64,000 bases of DNA, taken from contig JAGWFT010000001.1 of the NCBI GenBank assembly GCA_028867755.1, positions 484,727 through 548,726 of the forward strand, read 5' to 3'. Both the position numbers and the translations under genes were made by a program. The DNA is from Nitrososphaerota archaeon (GTDB lineage: Archaea > Thermoproteota > Nitrososphaeria > Nitrososphaerales > Nitrosopumilaceae). The stretch's first letter is position 1. Each line of letters opens with the position of its first letter. The notes under the pieces were generated by a model. It did not search any database. It had not been told where the DNA came from and saw nothing but the letters and a program-made list of their open reading frames with translations. Of the stretch, positions 39,474 through 48,774 are shown in pieces.

Positions 39474-40112
39474 ATGATATTTGTAATGCTGTTGAGATTA
39501 TTGAAAAAAGGTGCAGAAGCAGATATTTACTTGACTATTTGGAATGATAGAAAATCTATTTTAAAAATTAGAAAACGAAAAGAATATCGTAATGAAATTC
39601 TAGATAATAGAATTCGTACGTTGAGGACAGTTAGAGAAGCAAAGATGATGTCAGAAGTAAAGACATTTGGAGTTAGTACCCCAATTGTTTTCTTTGTGGA
39701 TCAAAATAAATTCAAAATATACTTACAATTTATACCTGGAATGCTAGTGAGAGATCTGCCAAACAAATTGATAATAAACACCTGTGAAAAAATTGGTAAG
39801 ATTGTAGGTACTCTGCATAAAAATGGAATCATGCACGGGGATCTCACTACTTCTAATTTTATACTTGGATCTGATGAGTTAATAATCTTGGATTTTGGAC
39901 TTGCCCAAAGAACAGAAAAAATTGAGGATCATGCAATTGATCTTAGATTATTCAAGGAAGTACTAAACAGTGCCCATGTTGAGATCGTAAACCAAGCATG
40001 GCTTTCATTTTTGCGTGGATATGGTAAAATTGTTGGCGCCTCAAGAAAGGAGAAGATCATCTCCCAAGTACTGGTTATAGAGAAGAGGGGCAGATACGCA
40101 AATGTTGTCTAG
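39474..40112 (+). CDS. bud32: KEOPS kinase/ATPase Bud32
   Basis: KKGAEA, RTVREAK, HGDLTTSN, DFGL, AIDL. Confidence 0.95.
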   Translation: MIFVMLLRLLKKGAEADIYLTIWNDRKSILKIRKRKEYRNEILDNRIRTLRTVREAKMMSEVKTFGVSTPIVFFVDQNKFKIYLQFIPGMLVRDLPNKLIINTCEKIGKIVGTLHKNGIMHGDLTTSNFILGSDELIILDFGLAQRTEKIEDHAIDLRLFKEVLNSAHVEIVNQAWLSFLRGYGKIVGASRKEKIISQVLVIEKRGRYANVV

Positions 40113-40662
40113 GGTTTTTTTTGCCTCATCAAACAAAAACAAGTTTGAAGAAGCTAGGCTCATCTCATCAAAACTTGGTATATCGTTAGAATTCTTCAAA
40201 TGTAAACTTCAAGAAATACAATCAAACAGCTTGGAAGAAATTGCATACCATAAAGCAACGCAAGCATTTTCTCTCTGCTCAAAGCCAGTGATAATAGAGG
40301 ATGACAGCTTGTTTATTTCATCACTGAATGGCTTTCCTGGACCATATTCCTCATTTGTATTTGATACTATTGGAAATAAGGGAATTCTTAAGTTGCTATC
40401 AAAACAGAGAAGCGCGATATTCAGATCCATCATTGCGTACTGTGAAAAGAAAGGAAATGTCATGTTATTTGACGCTAAAGTATATGGAAAAATATCTGAA
40501 AAAATACGAGGAAGCAAATGGGGATTTGATCCAATATTTATCCCAAAGGGACAAACTTTGACGTATTCACTACTAAAAAATAAAAATCTTGTTTCACATA
40601 GATATCTAGCATTAAAAAAATTCACTAATTGGTATTTGAATAAGAAGAAATCCAACGGTTAG
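40102..40662 (+). CDS. rdgB: Non-canonical purine NTP pyrophosphatase (RdgB/HAM1)
   Basis: SSNKNKFEE, EDDSL, GFPGPYS, WGFDPIF, KNLVSHR. Confidence 0.94.
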   Translation: MLSRVFFASSNKNKFEEARLISSKLGISLEFFKCKLQEIQSNSLEEIAYHKATQAFSLCSKPVIIEDDSLFISSLNGFPGPYSSFVFDTIGNKGILKLLSKQRSAIFRSIIAYCEKKGNVMLFDAKVYGKISEKIRGSKWGFDPIFIPKGQTLTYSLLKNKNLVSHRYLALKKFTNWYLNKKKSNG

Positions 40663-41653
40663 TGACTCGTTTCTGATTCTGTAGTACTACAATTCGTGAA
40701 ATTTCACTTTCATCCATTACTGAATACATTTCATCTTCTCTTATCAATGCATTAGCAAAATGTCTTACTTCAGACATGTCCAACATGTCGGAACGTTCCA
40801 GTCTGTTAGTTGAGCGACCTATGTGCATGTATGATTTTATCTCTATGAAGTGAACATTTCCATGATTAAACAGCCTATAATATTCAGGAATTAATTGGTC
40901 ATTATTGTTGTAGCCTCTAATCAAAGTAACTCGGAGTACAGTTCTAGTATTGAGTCTTGAAAGAAGATCTAGGCTAGAATTCCATCTTTCCCAAGCGTCT
41001 TTGTACTTTGGTCTATTGACAAGTCGAAAGACCTCTTCATTAGGTGCATTTGTAGATAAATACAATTGAGTTGGTAGTGCATCCTCATCTTGCAACCTTT
41101 CAAGCATCTCAGGCTCTTGTCCATTTGTAACTAAAAACACAGATTTTGTTGCAGGTAACTGCTTGAGATATTTTATCAATTCAGGCAATTGAGGATACAT
41201 TGTCGGTTCCCCTGAAAGTGATATTGCATAATGACTTGGAAGTAATGACTCGTCAATCTTTTTCCTGTCACTTTTAACGTCTCCATAATGTCCCATTATC
41301 AACCTCTCCCGCTCTTCCATCAAGTTTGAAAGAATAACCTCTGGTGGTGCAACTTTCTCAGGAGGCATTTTCATTGCACTATAAAATTCCATTGGGCGCC
41401 AACAATAGACACATCTATTCTCACAAAACATTCCAGCTGGTGAGAATTCCATGCATCTATGAGTTGAGATTCCATAAAACTTGTGTTTGTAACAATCTCC
41501 TTCATTTCTAAATGATTTTTTTGTCCAATGACACAACTCTACTGTACTGTGATCGGAAACGCCATACTTTGCCTTTTTGAGTTGATTTAAAATCACAGGT
41601 TTTATCTGAATGAATTCGTTGTCTGTCTCCACGGTTTCGCCAGAACAACTCAT
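40625..41653 (-). CDS. tyw1: 4-demethylwyosine synthase (radical SAM)
   Basis: CHWTKK, CYKHKFYGISTHRC, CENRCVYCWR, ISLSGEPT, FIEIKSYM. Confidence 0.95.
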   Translation of the reverse strand: MSCSGETVETDNEFIQIKPVILNQLKKAKYGVSDHSTVELCHWTKKSFRNEGDCYKHKFYGISTHRCMEFSPAGMFCENRCVYCWRPMEFYSAMKMPPEKVAPPEVILSNLMEERERLIMGHYGDVKSDRKKIDESLLPSHYAISLSGEPTMYPQLPELIKYLKQLPATKSVFLVTNGQEPEMLERLQDEDALPTQLYLSTNAPNEEVFRLVNRPKYKDAWERWNSSLDLLSRLNTRTVLRVTLIRGYNNNDQLIPEYYRLFNHGNVHFIEIKSYMHIGRSTNRLERSDMLDMSEVRHFANALIREDEMYSVMDESEISRIVVLQNQKRVTNRWISSYSNTN

Positions 41654-41683
41654 GGCAAATATTTTACTTGCTTTTAATTAAAT

Positions 41684-41818
41684 CTACGTAGAGTCTAACA
41701 TTGATACGCACGGTGCATTTTCCATAGGAACACAGAGTACATGTCCTAAGTAAAGCATGCTATAGAAGATCACTGCTGCAGTGATTCCCATTGCGACATA
41801 CCACATTCTAAACTTCAT
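41684..41818 (-). CDS. 44-aa single-TM microprotein
   Basis: Manual translation: MKFRMWYVAMGITAAVIFYSMLYLGHVLCVPMENAPCVSMLDST. ATG at 41818, TAG at 41684. Lies upstream of tyw1 on the same strand. Confidence 0.55.
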   Translation of the reverse strand: MKFRMWYVAMGITAAVIFYSMLYLGHVLCVPMENAPCVSMLDST

Positions 41819-42004
41819 ATTTGCGAGTATTTTTTCTGTTAGTAATAAACTTACGGGTAATTGTCAGAATGGAAGCCTTGGAAGTTTTAAGGATTGGATC
41901 AAGTTCCAAAATTCTTTTCTGGTCATAAAATGAATTGAAAATTCTATCCGCATCTGGTATATCAGATAAGGGCAGGAATCACAAAAACTATCTTATATGA
42001 CATA

Positions 42005-43072
42005 TTGGTAAACCGAACCATGCAGGCAGCAAGAATTGTCAAAATAAAAGAACCACTTGAAATTCAGAATTTAGAGGCTCCAAAGCCTAAGGGATCTCAA
42101 GTGTTGATTAAAGTAGAATCTGCTGGTGTATGCCACAGTGATATACATCTCTGGGATGGAGGCTATGAAGGTCCAGGTGGCCAAATTATGAAAACAACTG
42201 ATCGGGGTGTAAAATATCCTCTAACTCCAGGCCATGAAGTTGCTGGTGTTGTTGAAAGTATGGGTGAAGAAGTGGAAGGATTTGCAAAAAATGAGAAAGT
42301 TCTTGTGTTTCCGTGGATTGGTGAAGGGCTATGTCCGGCTTGTAGAATAGGGGAAGAAAACTTATGTGATAAACCTAGATCTCTGGGTGTTTACAATGAT
42401 GGAGGTTATGCAGAATACGTTTTAGTTCCAAGTTACAAATATCTTGCAAAAATTCATGACTTGGATACTGATATTAGCGCTCCACTATCATGTTCTGCTT
42501 TGACTGCATATGGTGCAGTTAAGAATGCACAATTGAAACCAAATGATAATGTTGTAATAGTGGGAACAGGAGGACTGGGGCTGATGGGAATACAATTAGC
42601 AAAAGCGATTACTGGTGCAAGAATAATTGCAATGGATCTTGATGATAATAAATTGAAGGTAGCAAAAGAAAGTGGTGCGGATATTACTGTTAATTCTAAA
42701 AATGAAGACCCAGTAAAAGCTATAATGGAGTTAACAGGAAATCTGGGAGTAGATGCAGTGATAGACTTTGTTAACGGAAGTAAGACTGTGGAAACAGATA
42801 TGCAAATACTCAGACGAAGAGCACGTGTAGTTCTTGTTGGGCTATTTGGAGGTGCATTACAACTGAATCTAGTGTCAATGCCTACACGAGCATACAAGTT
42901 AATTGGTTCATACACTGGTTCTATGCCTGATATGTTGGAATTAGTGTCTCTAGCACAGCGAAATGTAATAAAACCTGTAATATCGAACAAATTCAAACTA
43001 AATCAAGCAACAGAAGCGCTTACAATGTTAAAGCAAGGAAAGATAATTGGACGGGGAATCATAAACCCATAA
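42005..43072 (+). CDS. Zn-dependent alcohol dehydrogenase (MDR family)
   Basis: GVCHSD, GHE, GEGLCPACRIGEENLC, GTGGLG. Confidence 0.95.
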   Translation: MVNRTMQAARIVKIKEPLEIQNLEAPKPKGSQVLIKVESAGVCHSDIHLWDGGYEGPGGQIMKTTDRGVKYPLTPGHEVAGVVESMGEEVEGFAKNEKVLVFPWIGEGLCPACRIGEENLCDKPRSLGVYNDGGYAEYVLVPSYKYLAKIHDLDTDISAPLSCSALTAYGAVKNAQLKPNDNVVIVGTGGLGLMGIQLAKAITGARIIAMDLDDNKLKVAKESGADITVNSKNEDPVKAIMELTGNLGVDAVIDFVNGSKTVETDMQILRRRARVVLVGLFGGALQLNLVSMPTRAYKLIGSYTGSMPDMLELVSLAQRNVIKPVISNKFKLNQATEALTMLKQGKIIGRGIINP

Positions 43073-43178
43073 AATCTCTTTCATGTTGTAAACTAACTAA
43101 TCATCCAAAATAAACTACTACAAAGAACAAAAAATCAGTTAAGATTAATACTGGATTGAAAAGGACTTCATTTCATGT

Positions 43179-43251
43179 GGCCCTTGTAGTACAGTGGCGA
43201 GTATAGGGGACTGTGGATCCCCGGACAGGGGTTCGATTCCCCTCAAGGGCC
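43179..43251 (+). tRNA. tRNA-His(GTG) with genomic G-1
   Basis: GGCCCTTG/CAAGGGCC 8-bp acceptor stem, GGGGA-CT-GTG-GA-TCCCC anticodon arm, AGGGG-TTCGATT-CCCCT T-arm. Confidence 0.96.
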
Positions 43252-43321
43252 TCTAACCTTAATTCTATGGCTATAAACTGCGACTGGCATGATAATAAAA
43301 TAGAAGTTTTTGATTTGTATG

Positions 43322-43669
43322 TCAGAATACTCCGTACTTGCTAGATTCCATTTCTTCTTTTATTGCAAGTTTTACCTTTACATTTTTTTGAGTAACTTTT
43401 TGATCAAGCCAATTCAAAAACTTGTGCTCTAAAGTCTTTCCTTTCACTTTTTCAAAATCTGAACCTAGTTGATCAGACAGTCTTTTCACAAGTGACCTGT
43501 TAACACATACTACATAAAAATGCCATCCAAATGCAAATTCTGAATCAGTAACTACAAAGTCGTTTTCCCCATGAACCATTTGCTCAATGTTACTCAGTGT
43601 GGATATGATTGCCTTACTGGTAGCTTCATAGTCAGTTGCAGAGACATTGATGTTTATTCTAGATTCCAT
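43322..43669 (-). CDS. Conserved hypothetical protein
   Basis: 115-aa ORF with coding-like composition. Confidence 0.75.
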   Translation of the reverse strand: MESRININVSATDYEATSKAIISTLSNIEQMVHGENDFVVTDSEFAFGWHFYVVCVNRSLVKRLSDQLGSDFEKVKGKTLEHKFLNWLDQKVTQKNVKVKLAIKEEMESSKYGVF

Positions 43670-43709
43670 ATTATTTATGCACAGTTTACAAATAAAAACA
43701 TGACTCTGC

Positions 43710-44483
43710 CTACAATGTATTTTGATTTAACAAATGCTCTACTTCGATATCAAAATACGTCTTGAGTATCTCCATGTAGCTCTTTATCGGTGCAGGTATC
43801 TCATTACCACATGCTATACCAAGATTCTTTGCATTTATCCAAATCACAAGAGTTTGAAGAATTGTTAAAAATCTAATATTTTCTTCATCTTTGGATGATA
43901 TTGTTTTCGAATATCGTTCCGCAAATTCCCAAGCAGTAACAAAATCTATGCAATCAGTTTCAAATATTGCAATAACTTGTTCTTTTAGATCATCTGATTT
44001 TTTGAATGGGGTTATATTGAGAATGTAAGGAAATTCTACCTTGTCAGGTAGACATCCAGGTAATGGACTCCATATAGTTATGATTCTGCAATCTTTCTTC
44101 AATGTAGCAAATTTCTGGGTCATTTTTTCTATAATGGTCTCGTCTGAAAACCAAAATAAAATTGCCGTCGCCTCACTGATATCAGATTCTAAAACATCTT
44201 CGCATTTTAAAATCCAATTGGAAAGATTTTTGTCTCCAAGTGCTTTCTTGGCAGATGCAATCTTCTCATTATTGTTATCCACACCCACTGCTTTTTTTAC
44301 TCCAAATTCTTCCAATGCTATGGATAAACTATGTCCATTGCCACATCCTAAATGATAAAAGATATCATTTTTGCTCAAGGAGGCAAACTCAAAAATCTCA
44401 TTGAGTATATTGTCTTGTAATTCAACATCCTCGCCTGTCATAATTGATGTGGGAAGTGTGTTTAGATATTCCTCTATTTTCAC
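43710..44483 (-). CDS. SAM-dependent methyltransferase (DOT1/aKMT-like) with C-terminal extension
   Basis: DIFYHLGCGNG, VKKAVGVD, EATAILFWF. Confidence 0.8.
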   Translation of the reverse strand: MKIEEYLNTLPTSIMTGEDVELQDNILNEIFEFASLSKNDIFYHLGCGNGHSLSIALEEFGVKKAVGVDNNNEKIASAKKALGDKNLSNWILKCEDVLESDISEATAILFWFSDETIIEKMTQKFATLKKDCRIITIWSPLPGCLPDKVEFPYILNITPFKKSDDLKEQVIAIFETDCIDFVTAWEFAERYSKTISSKDEENIRFLTILQTLVIWINAKNLGIACGNEIPAPIKSYMEILKTYFDIEVEHLLNQNTL

Positions 44484-44508
44484 AATAAGAGATGTTTCTA
44501 GACTAAAT

Positions 44509-44781
44509 TTATTCCCTTATTCTCTCTAGGGTGGATACGGCCTGCCACAGCGTTACTCTCACGTATGATGGCATGTTTGGGTCTTGTGTTATTTCGTCAA
44601 GTACACTTATGGCATTAGAAGCTCTAACAGAGACAGAATATTCTTGTTTTTTTAGCTCAATCACTAGATCCGAGAGATTTTTCTTTATGTTTTTTGGGGT
44701 TGAAGGATTTGTAGCTATGTCTTCAAGTGTAATGATTGCGGCATTAAGAGTTTCATCGTTTTGATTTTTCTTTTCTGTCAT
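44509..44781 (-). CDS. UPF0147 family protein
   Basis: TPKNIKK, RASNAIS.LDE...DPNMPSYVRVTLWQAVS. Confidence 0.9.
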   Translation of the reverse strand: MTEKKNQNDETLNAAIITLEDIATNPSTPKNIKKNLSDLVIELKKQEYSVSVRASNAISVLDEITQDPNMPSYVRVTLWQAVSTLERIRE

Positions 44782-44827
44782 ACATGGATCACGCTAAACT
44801 AATTGTACTTATTTTATAAAGTTTGCA

Positions 44828-45136
44828 TCATGCTTCCAAAAAGATGTTTCCTGATTCTACCGTTACTTTGTATGACTGTAAATCCTTTATTTTGGCCGGA
44901 AAAGCCGAAAGATTTCCTGTTTTACAATCAAATTTTGCTCCATGCCAACCACATGTCACTACATGTCCCTCCAAACTTCCTTCAGAAAGACTAGCTCCTG
45001 CATGAGTACAAGTATCATTCATTGCATAAAAGTTGCCATCTATGTTAATCACTAGTACCTCCTTTCCGTCAGCTGCCACCTTTTGCATTTTGCCTGGTGG
45101 AATATCTGTGGTTTTGCCAACAATTATTTTTCCCAT
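44828..45136 (-). CDS. Rieske-type ferredoxin (dioxygenase ferredoxin-like)
   Basis: CTH...CGWHG ligands. Confidence 0.92.
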   Translation of the reverse strand: MGKIIVGKTTDIPPGKMQKVAADGKEVLVINIDGNFYAMNDTCTHAGASLSEGSLEGHVVTCGWHGAKFDCKTGNLSAFPAKIKDLQSYKVTVESGNIFLEA

Positions 45137-45199
45137 GAGTGCTCTTCTTTTTGTGACTCTTAATAATTTTAATGTTATAAGTTAATTGACATGAAAACT

Positions 45200-46069
45200 C
45201 TAGACAAACTTTATTGTATTTTCCAATTTCCCAAGCCTTTCTATTTCCATCTCTACTTTGTCACCATTTTTCAAAAATACAGCGTCAGGCTTGTTTAGCA
45301 TTACTCCGGCAGGAGTACCAGTTGATATGATGTCGCCTTTTTCTAATGTCATTACCTTGCTCAAGATTGAAACTATTGAAGTTACCTTTAGATGCATATT
45401 TGACGTGGACGAATTCTGTCTTATGGTTCCATTAACCTTTGTCATCATCTTAAGATCCTGAGGATCAGGTATTTCATCGGCAGTAGTTATCCAAGGTCCA
45501 CATGGCGCAAAAGTGTCAAATCCCTTTGCACGAGTAAACTGTTTGTCCTTAGCTTGTATGTCGCGAGCAGATGCATCATTTAACACCATGTATCCAAATA
45601 TTGCCTTTTTTGCTTCTTCCTCAGAAACATTCTTGCAATCTTTTCCAATTATCAAAGCAAGTTCTATCTCATAATCAAGTTTTGACACAAAAGACGGACA
45701 AATTATGTCCGAAGTTGGTCCGTTAAGTGTTGATCTTGGTTTTATTATTATGGCAGGCTCGTCTGGTGGGATCAAGTTTTGTTCTTTTGCATGATCCTTA
45801 TAGTTAAATGCAAGACAAATTATTTTAGATGGATTTGGAATGGGTGGAAGAAGTTTAAAGTCAGATACTTTGCTGTCATAATTGATCTGAGAAGACTTTT
45901 GTTTTATTTCTTCGTACCATCCATCAAACAAAAAATCTTTAACACTTTGTGGTATTGGGATTCCAGTTTGTGAAGTCATACTTTCTCTTGTAAGAACTCT
46001 GTCTCCATTGACAAAACCATATGTTTCCATATTTTCTTTTAGTAACCTTGCAATCTTCATTTTATTCAC
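45200..46069 (-). CDS. Fumarylacetoacetate hydrolase family protein
   Basis: KIICLAFNY, DYEIEL, NDASARD, KGFDTFAPCGP, GDIISTGTP. Confidence 0.93.
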   Translation of the reverse strand: MNKMKIARLLKENMETYGFVNGDRVLTRESMTSQTGIPIPQSVKDFLFDGWYEEIKQKSSQINYDSKVSDFKLLPPIPNPSKIICLAFNYKDHAKEQNLIPPDEPAIIIKPRSTLNGPTSDIICPSFVSKLDYEIELALIIGKDCKNVSEEEAKKAIFGYMVLNDASARDIQAKDKQFTRAKGFDTFAPCGPWITTADEIPDPQDLKMMTKVNGTIRQNSSTSNMHLKVTSIVSILSKVMTLEKGDIISTGTPAGVMLNKPDAVFLKNGDKVEMEIERLGKLENTIKFV

Positions 46070-47772
46070 TTGTGTGTGTATATCACTTGATTTGCAGAAT
46101 CTTTTCTACAATATCCGTATCTTACAAACTGAATTTCTGCACCCACATTTAATTCTAAGTAGTAGGGCTCAGTCAACGCTTGTTTAATTTCTAAGCTATT
46201 CTCGTTAAATTGCTCATTTACAAAAAGAATCTTTGGTATCAAAACCTCTATTTTTACAGCATCTTGACTGGGAACCCACTGAATTTTTGGAATCTCTGGC
46301 TTGAAGTTATTATCAGTAATATCTGCCTCTATGTTTGGTACTATCTTGGTGATCTTAATATTGTATATCTCTAGTAACCTTACTTCGTCTCCAACTTTCA
46401 GGGATTTTGCATCATTGCCTGATATGTAGAAAGATCCATCTATTCGAATTTTTCTTTTACCCATGTCTTTCTGAGGATGATTTGAAATCTCTACCTCTGT
46501 CAAATTATTATTTTTTACTATTAGTTTCACAGGATCAGTAGCTATGAACAATCGCATGCTTGTAGGATCAATTATTTTTCTATTGAAAGACTCTAGAGTC
46601 TCAAAGGGAGCCAAAGTATCGGATTTTGTGAAACTTAACGAAAGTACAAACTTTCTGATGGCTTCAGGAACAATTCCTCTTCTCCTCATTGCTTCAAGAG
46701 TTGGTAATCTTGGATCATCATAACCAGAAACTTTTCCTTCCTGTACAAGCGGTTTTAATATTCTCTTTGATACTGGCATTCCATCAAACTCCAATCTGGA
46801 AAATTCAAGAACTCTTGGTTTTCTCATTTGAAGCTTGTCAAGAATTGCATAATAAAGCTCATTTCGAAGTTCATATTCTTTTGTTCTAAATGCATGTGTT
46901 ACCCCATCGACACTATCTTCTATAGATACTGCAAAGTCATAGTTGGGCCATACACGATATTTGTTTTTGTGAATTGGATGTGACTCGTCTATTATTCTCA
47001 ATAATGTGGGGTCCCGCATAACAGTATTCTCCGAATGCATGTTTCCACGAAATCTTACGATTGCTTCTCCAGGCTTGTACTTTTCCAACATATCTTTCCA
47101 ACGTTTCGTGTTTTGTGTAAGATCTCCAAAACTACATTTGCACGACAACATTTCTCGCCTGTTTTTACTTATAGTTTCTTTATTACAAGTACAGACATAA
47201 GCATATCCAGATTGAATAAATTCCTCTGCCTTTCTATAGATTAATTCCATATCATCTGAAGTATTCTTTATGTGATCATATTTTACACCTAACCAATCAA
47301 GCCCCACTTTTATTGCAGCATAATATTCCAATCTTTCTTTTTCAGGATTTGTGTCATCAAACCTAAAGATGAGTTTACCTCCATACATTCTAGCATATTC
47401 TTCATCTATTATTGCAGCTTTTGCATGTCCTATGTGTGGATATCCATTTGGTTCTGGTGGAAACCTAGTGACTACTTTACCTTGTTCTGCATCGTCAAGT
47501 AATGGTAGGCCAACTCTATCCTGTTTTGGTTTTACTGTGAGTAATTCTGGAAATTTAGTTTCAAGTTCTGATTTTTGCATTAATAGAGTAATAGTATTTA
47601 CTTCGTTTACTATCTCAGAAATAATAGGTATTATTTCCTTTATCTTTTCTCTAAGTTCTGGCTTAGAACCCATTACTTTTGAAATTACAGCGTCGTTTCT
47701 AGTTTTTCCGTCATGCTCAGAGGCATTTAAGAGGGCAATTCCTCGTATGGATTTTCTTATCTCATCATCCAA
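46066..47772 (-). CDS. gltX: Glutamyl-tRNA synthetase
   Basis: RFPPEPNGYPHIGH (HIGH motif), RFDDTNP, VSKR (KMSKS-like), DDPRLPTL. Confidence 0.97.
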   Translation of the reverse strand: MDDEIRKSIRGIALLNASEHDGKTRNDAVISKVMGSKPELREKIKEIIPIISEIVNEVNTITLLMQKSELETKFPELLTVKPKQDRVGLPLLDDAEQGKVVTRFPPEPNGYPHIGHAKAAIIDEEYARMYGGKLIFRFDDTNPEKERLEYYAAIKVGLDWLGVKYDHIKNTSDDMELIYRKAEEFIQSGYAYVCTCNKETISKNRREMLSCKCSFGDLTQNTKRWKDMLEKYKPGEAIVRFRGNMHSENTVMRDPTLLRIIDESHPIHKNKYRVWPNYDFAVSIEDSVDGVTHAFRTKEYELRNELYYAILDKLQMRKPRVLEFSRLEFDGMPVSKRILKPLVQEGKVSGYDDPRLPTLEAMRRRGIVPEAIRKFVLSLSFTKSDTLAPFETLESFNRKIIDPTSMRLFIATDPVKLIVKNNNLTEVEISNHPQKDMGKRKIRIDGSFYISGNDAKSLKVGDEVRLLEIYNIKITKIVPNIEADITDNNFKPEIPKIQWVPSQDAVKIEVLIPKILFVNEQFNENSLEIKQALTEPYYLELNVGAEIQFVRYGYCRKDSANQVIYTHK

Positions 47773-48774
47773 TTATAGACTCCTCTCTACTACAAAATCT
47801 AACAAGGAAAGAAGATCTTCTTTTGCAGAATTATCATACTTGTAAATGGATTTTCTTGCAGCATTCAAGTGGCAAGAAGCTCTCTCTCTCACGGTTTTTT
47901 CAATGCCAAGTGATGATATTACTTCCATAGCTTTTTCCACTTTGTTCCTTGATATCGAGGCATTGCCAAAGGCATTGAGAATAATTTTACGCTCATTTCC
48001 TTTTGCAAGTTTTATAGCCAAAAGAATTGGTAACGACTTTTTTCCTTCCCTTATGTCATTTCCGACTGGTTTTTTTGTAATTTTGGGATCTCCTATTATC
48101 CCAATCAGATCATCGATTATCTGAAATGCTATTCCAAGGTTTTTGCCGTAACTCGAAAGTCTTCTTACGTCTGATTTTGTAGTATCTGCAGAAATAGCCC
48201 CCATTGCACAAGATGCCACAAATAGAGACGATGTTTTTTTCTCTATCATCTTTATGTATTGTAATTCGGTAGGAATGCTCTTCAATTTAGCCATGCTTAT
48301 GTCTAATACTTGGCCCTCGCACACCTCACTGCATGCTCTTGAGAGCGCAGATATGAGTGAGATTCTCACTTCTTTTGGAATGTGTATATCCAAATTTGAA
48401 ATAGTTTCAAAGGCTCTCGAAAAAAGTATATCGCCAGCTAGAATGCCAACCGGCATGCCAAATTTCACGTGTACAGTAGGTACACCATGTCTTACTTCGT
48501 CATTATCCATTATGTCATCATGAACTAATGTGAAATTGTGTATCATTTCAATTGCTGCTGCTGCTGGAAGTGCTTGCCTTGTTGAACCGCCTAAAAGCTC
48601 ACAACTCTTTATGACTAAATACGGTCTAAGACGCTTTCCTCCATGTTCAATCAAATAACTCGCAGCTTTGTACAGATTTGATGGTTCACCTTTCAGTCTT
48701 GATAAAAGAAAAGAATCTACTTTCTTTGCAGTCTTTACAATATTGTTCAATTGCGTTCTATTTTCAACTCCCAT
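47773..48774 (-). CDS. Geranylgeranyl diphosphate synthase
   Basis: GGKRLRP, HDDIMD (FARM), GQVLD, KT, FQIIDD (SARM), DIREGK. Confidence 0.93.
   Translation of the reverse strand: MGVENRTQLNNIVKTAKKVDSFLLSRLKGEPSNLYKAASYLIEHGGKRLRPYLVIKSCELLGGSTRQALPAAAAIEMIHNFTLVHDDIMDNDEVRHGVPTVHVKFGMPVGILAGDILFSRAFETISNLDIHIPKEVRISLISALSRACSEVCEGQVLDISMAKLKSIPTELQYIKMIEKKTSSLFVASCAMGAISADTTKSDVRRLSSYGKNLGIAFQIIDDLIGIIGDPKITKKPVGNDIREGKKSLPILLAIKLAKGNERKIILNAFGNASISRNKVEKAMEVISSLGIEKTVRERASCHLNAARKSIYKYDNSAKEDLLSLLDFVVERSL

Noticed and set aside
42454-42996. 180-aa minus-strand ORF, and similar long antisense ORFs over gltX, GGPPS, rdgB and pelota
   Set aside because: Shadow frames of conserved genes, with no independent motifs
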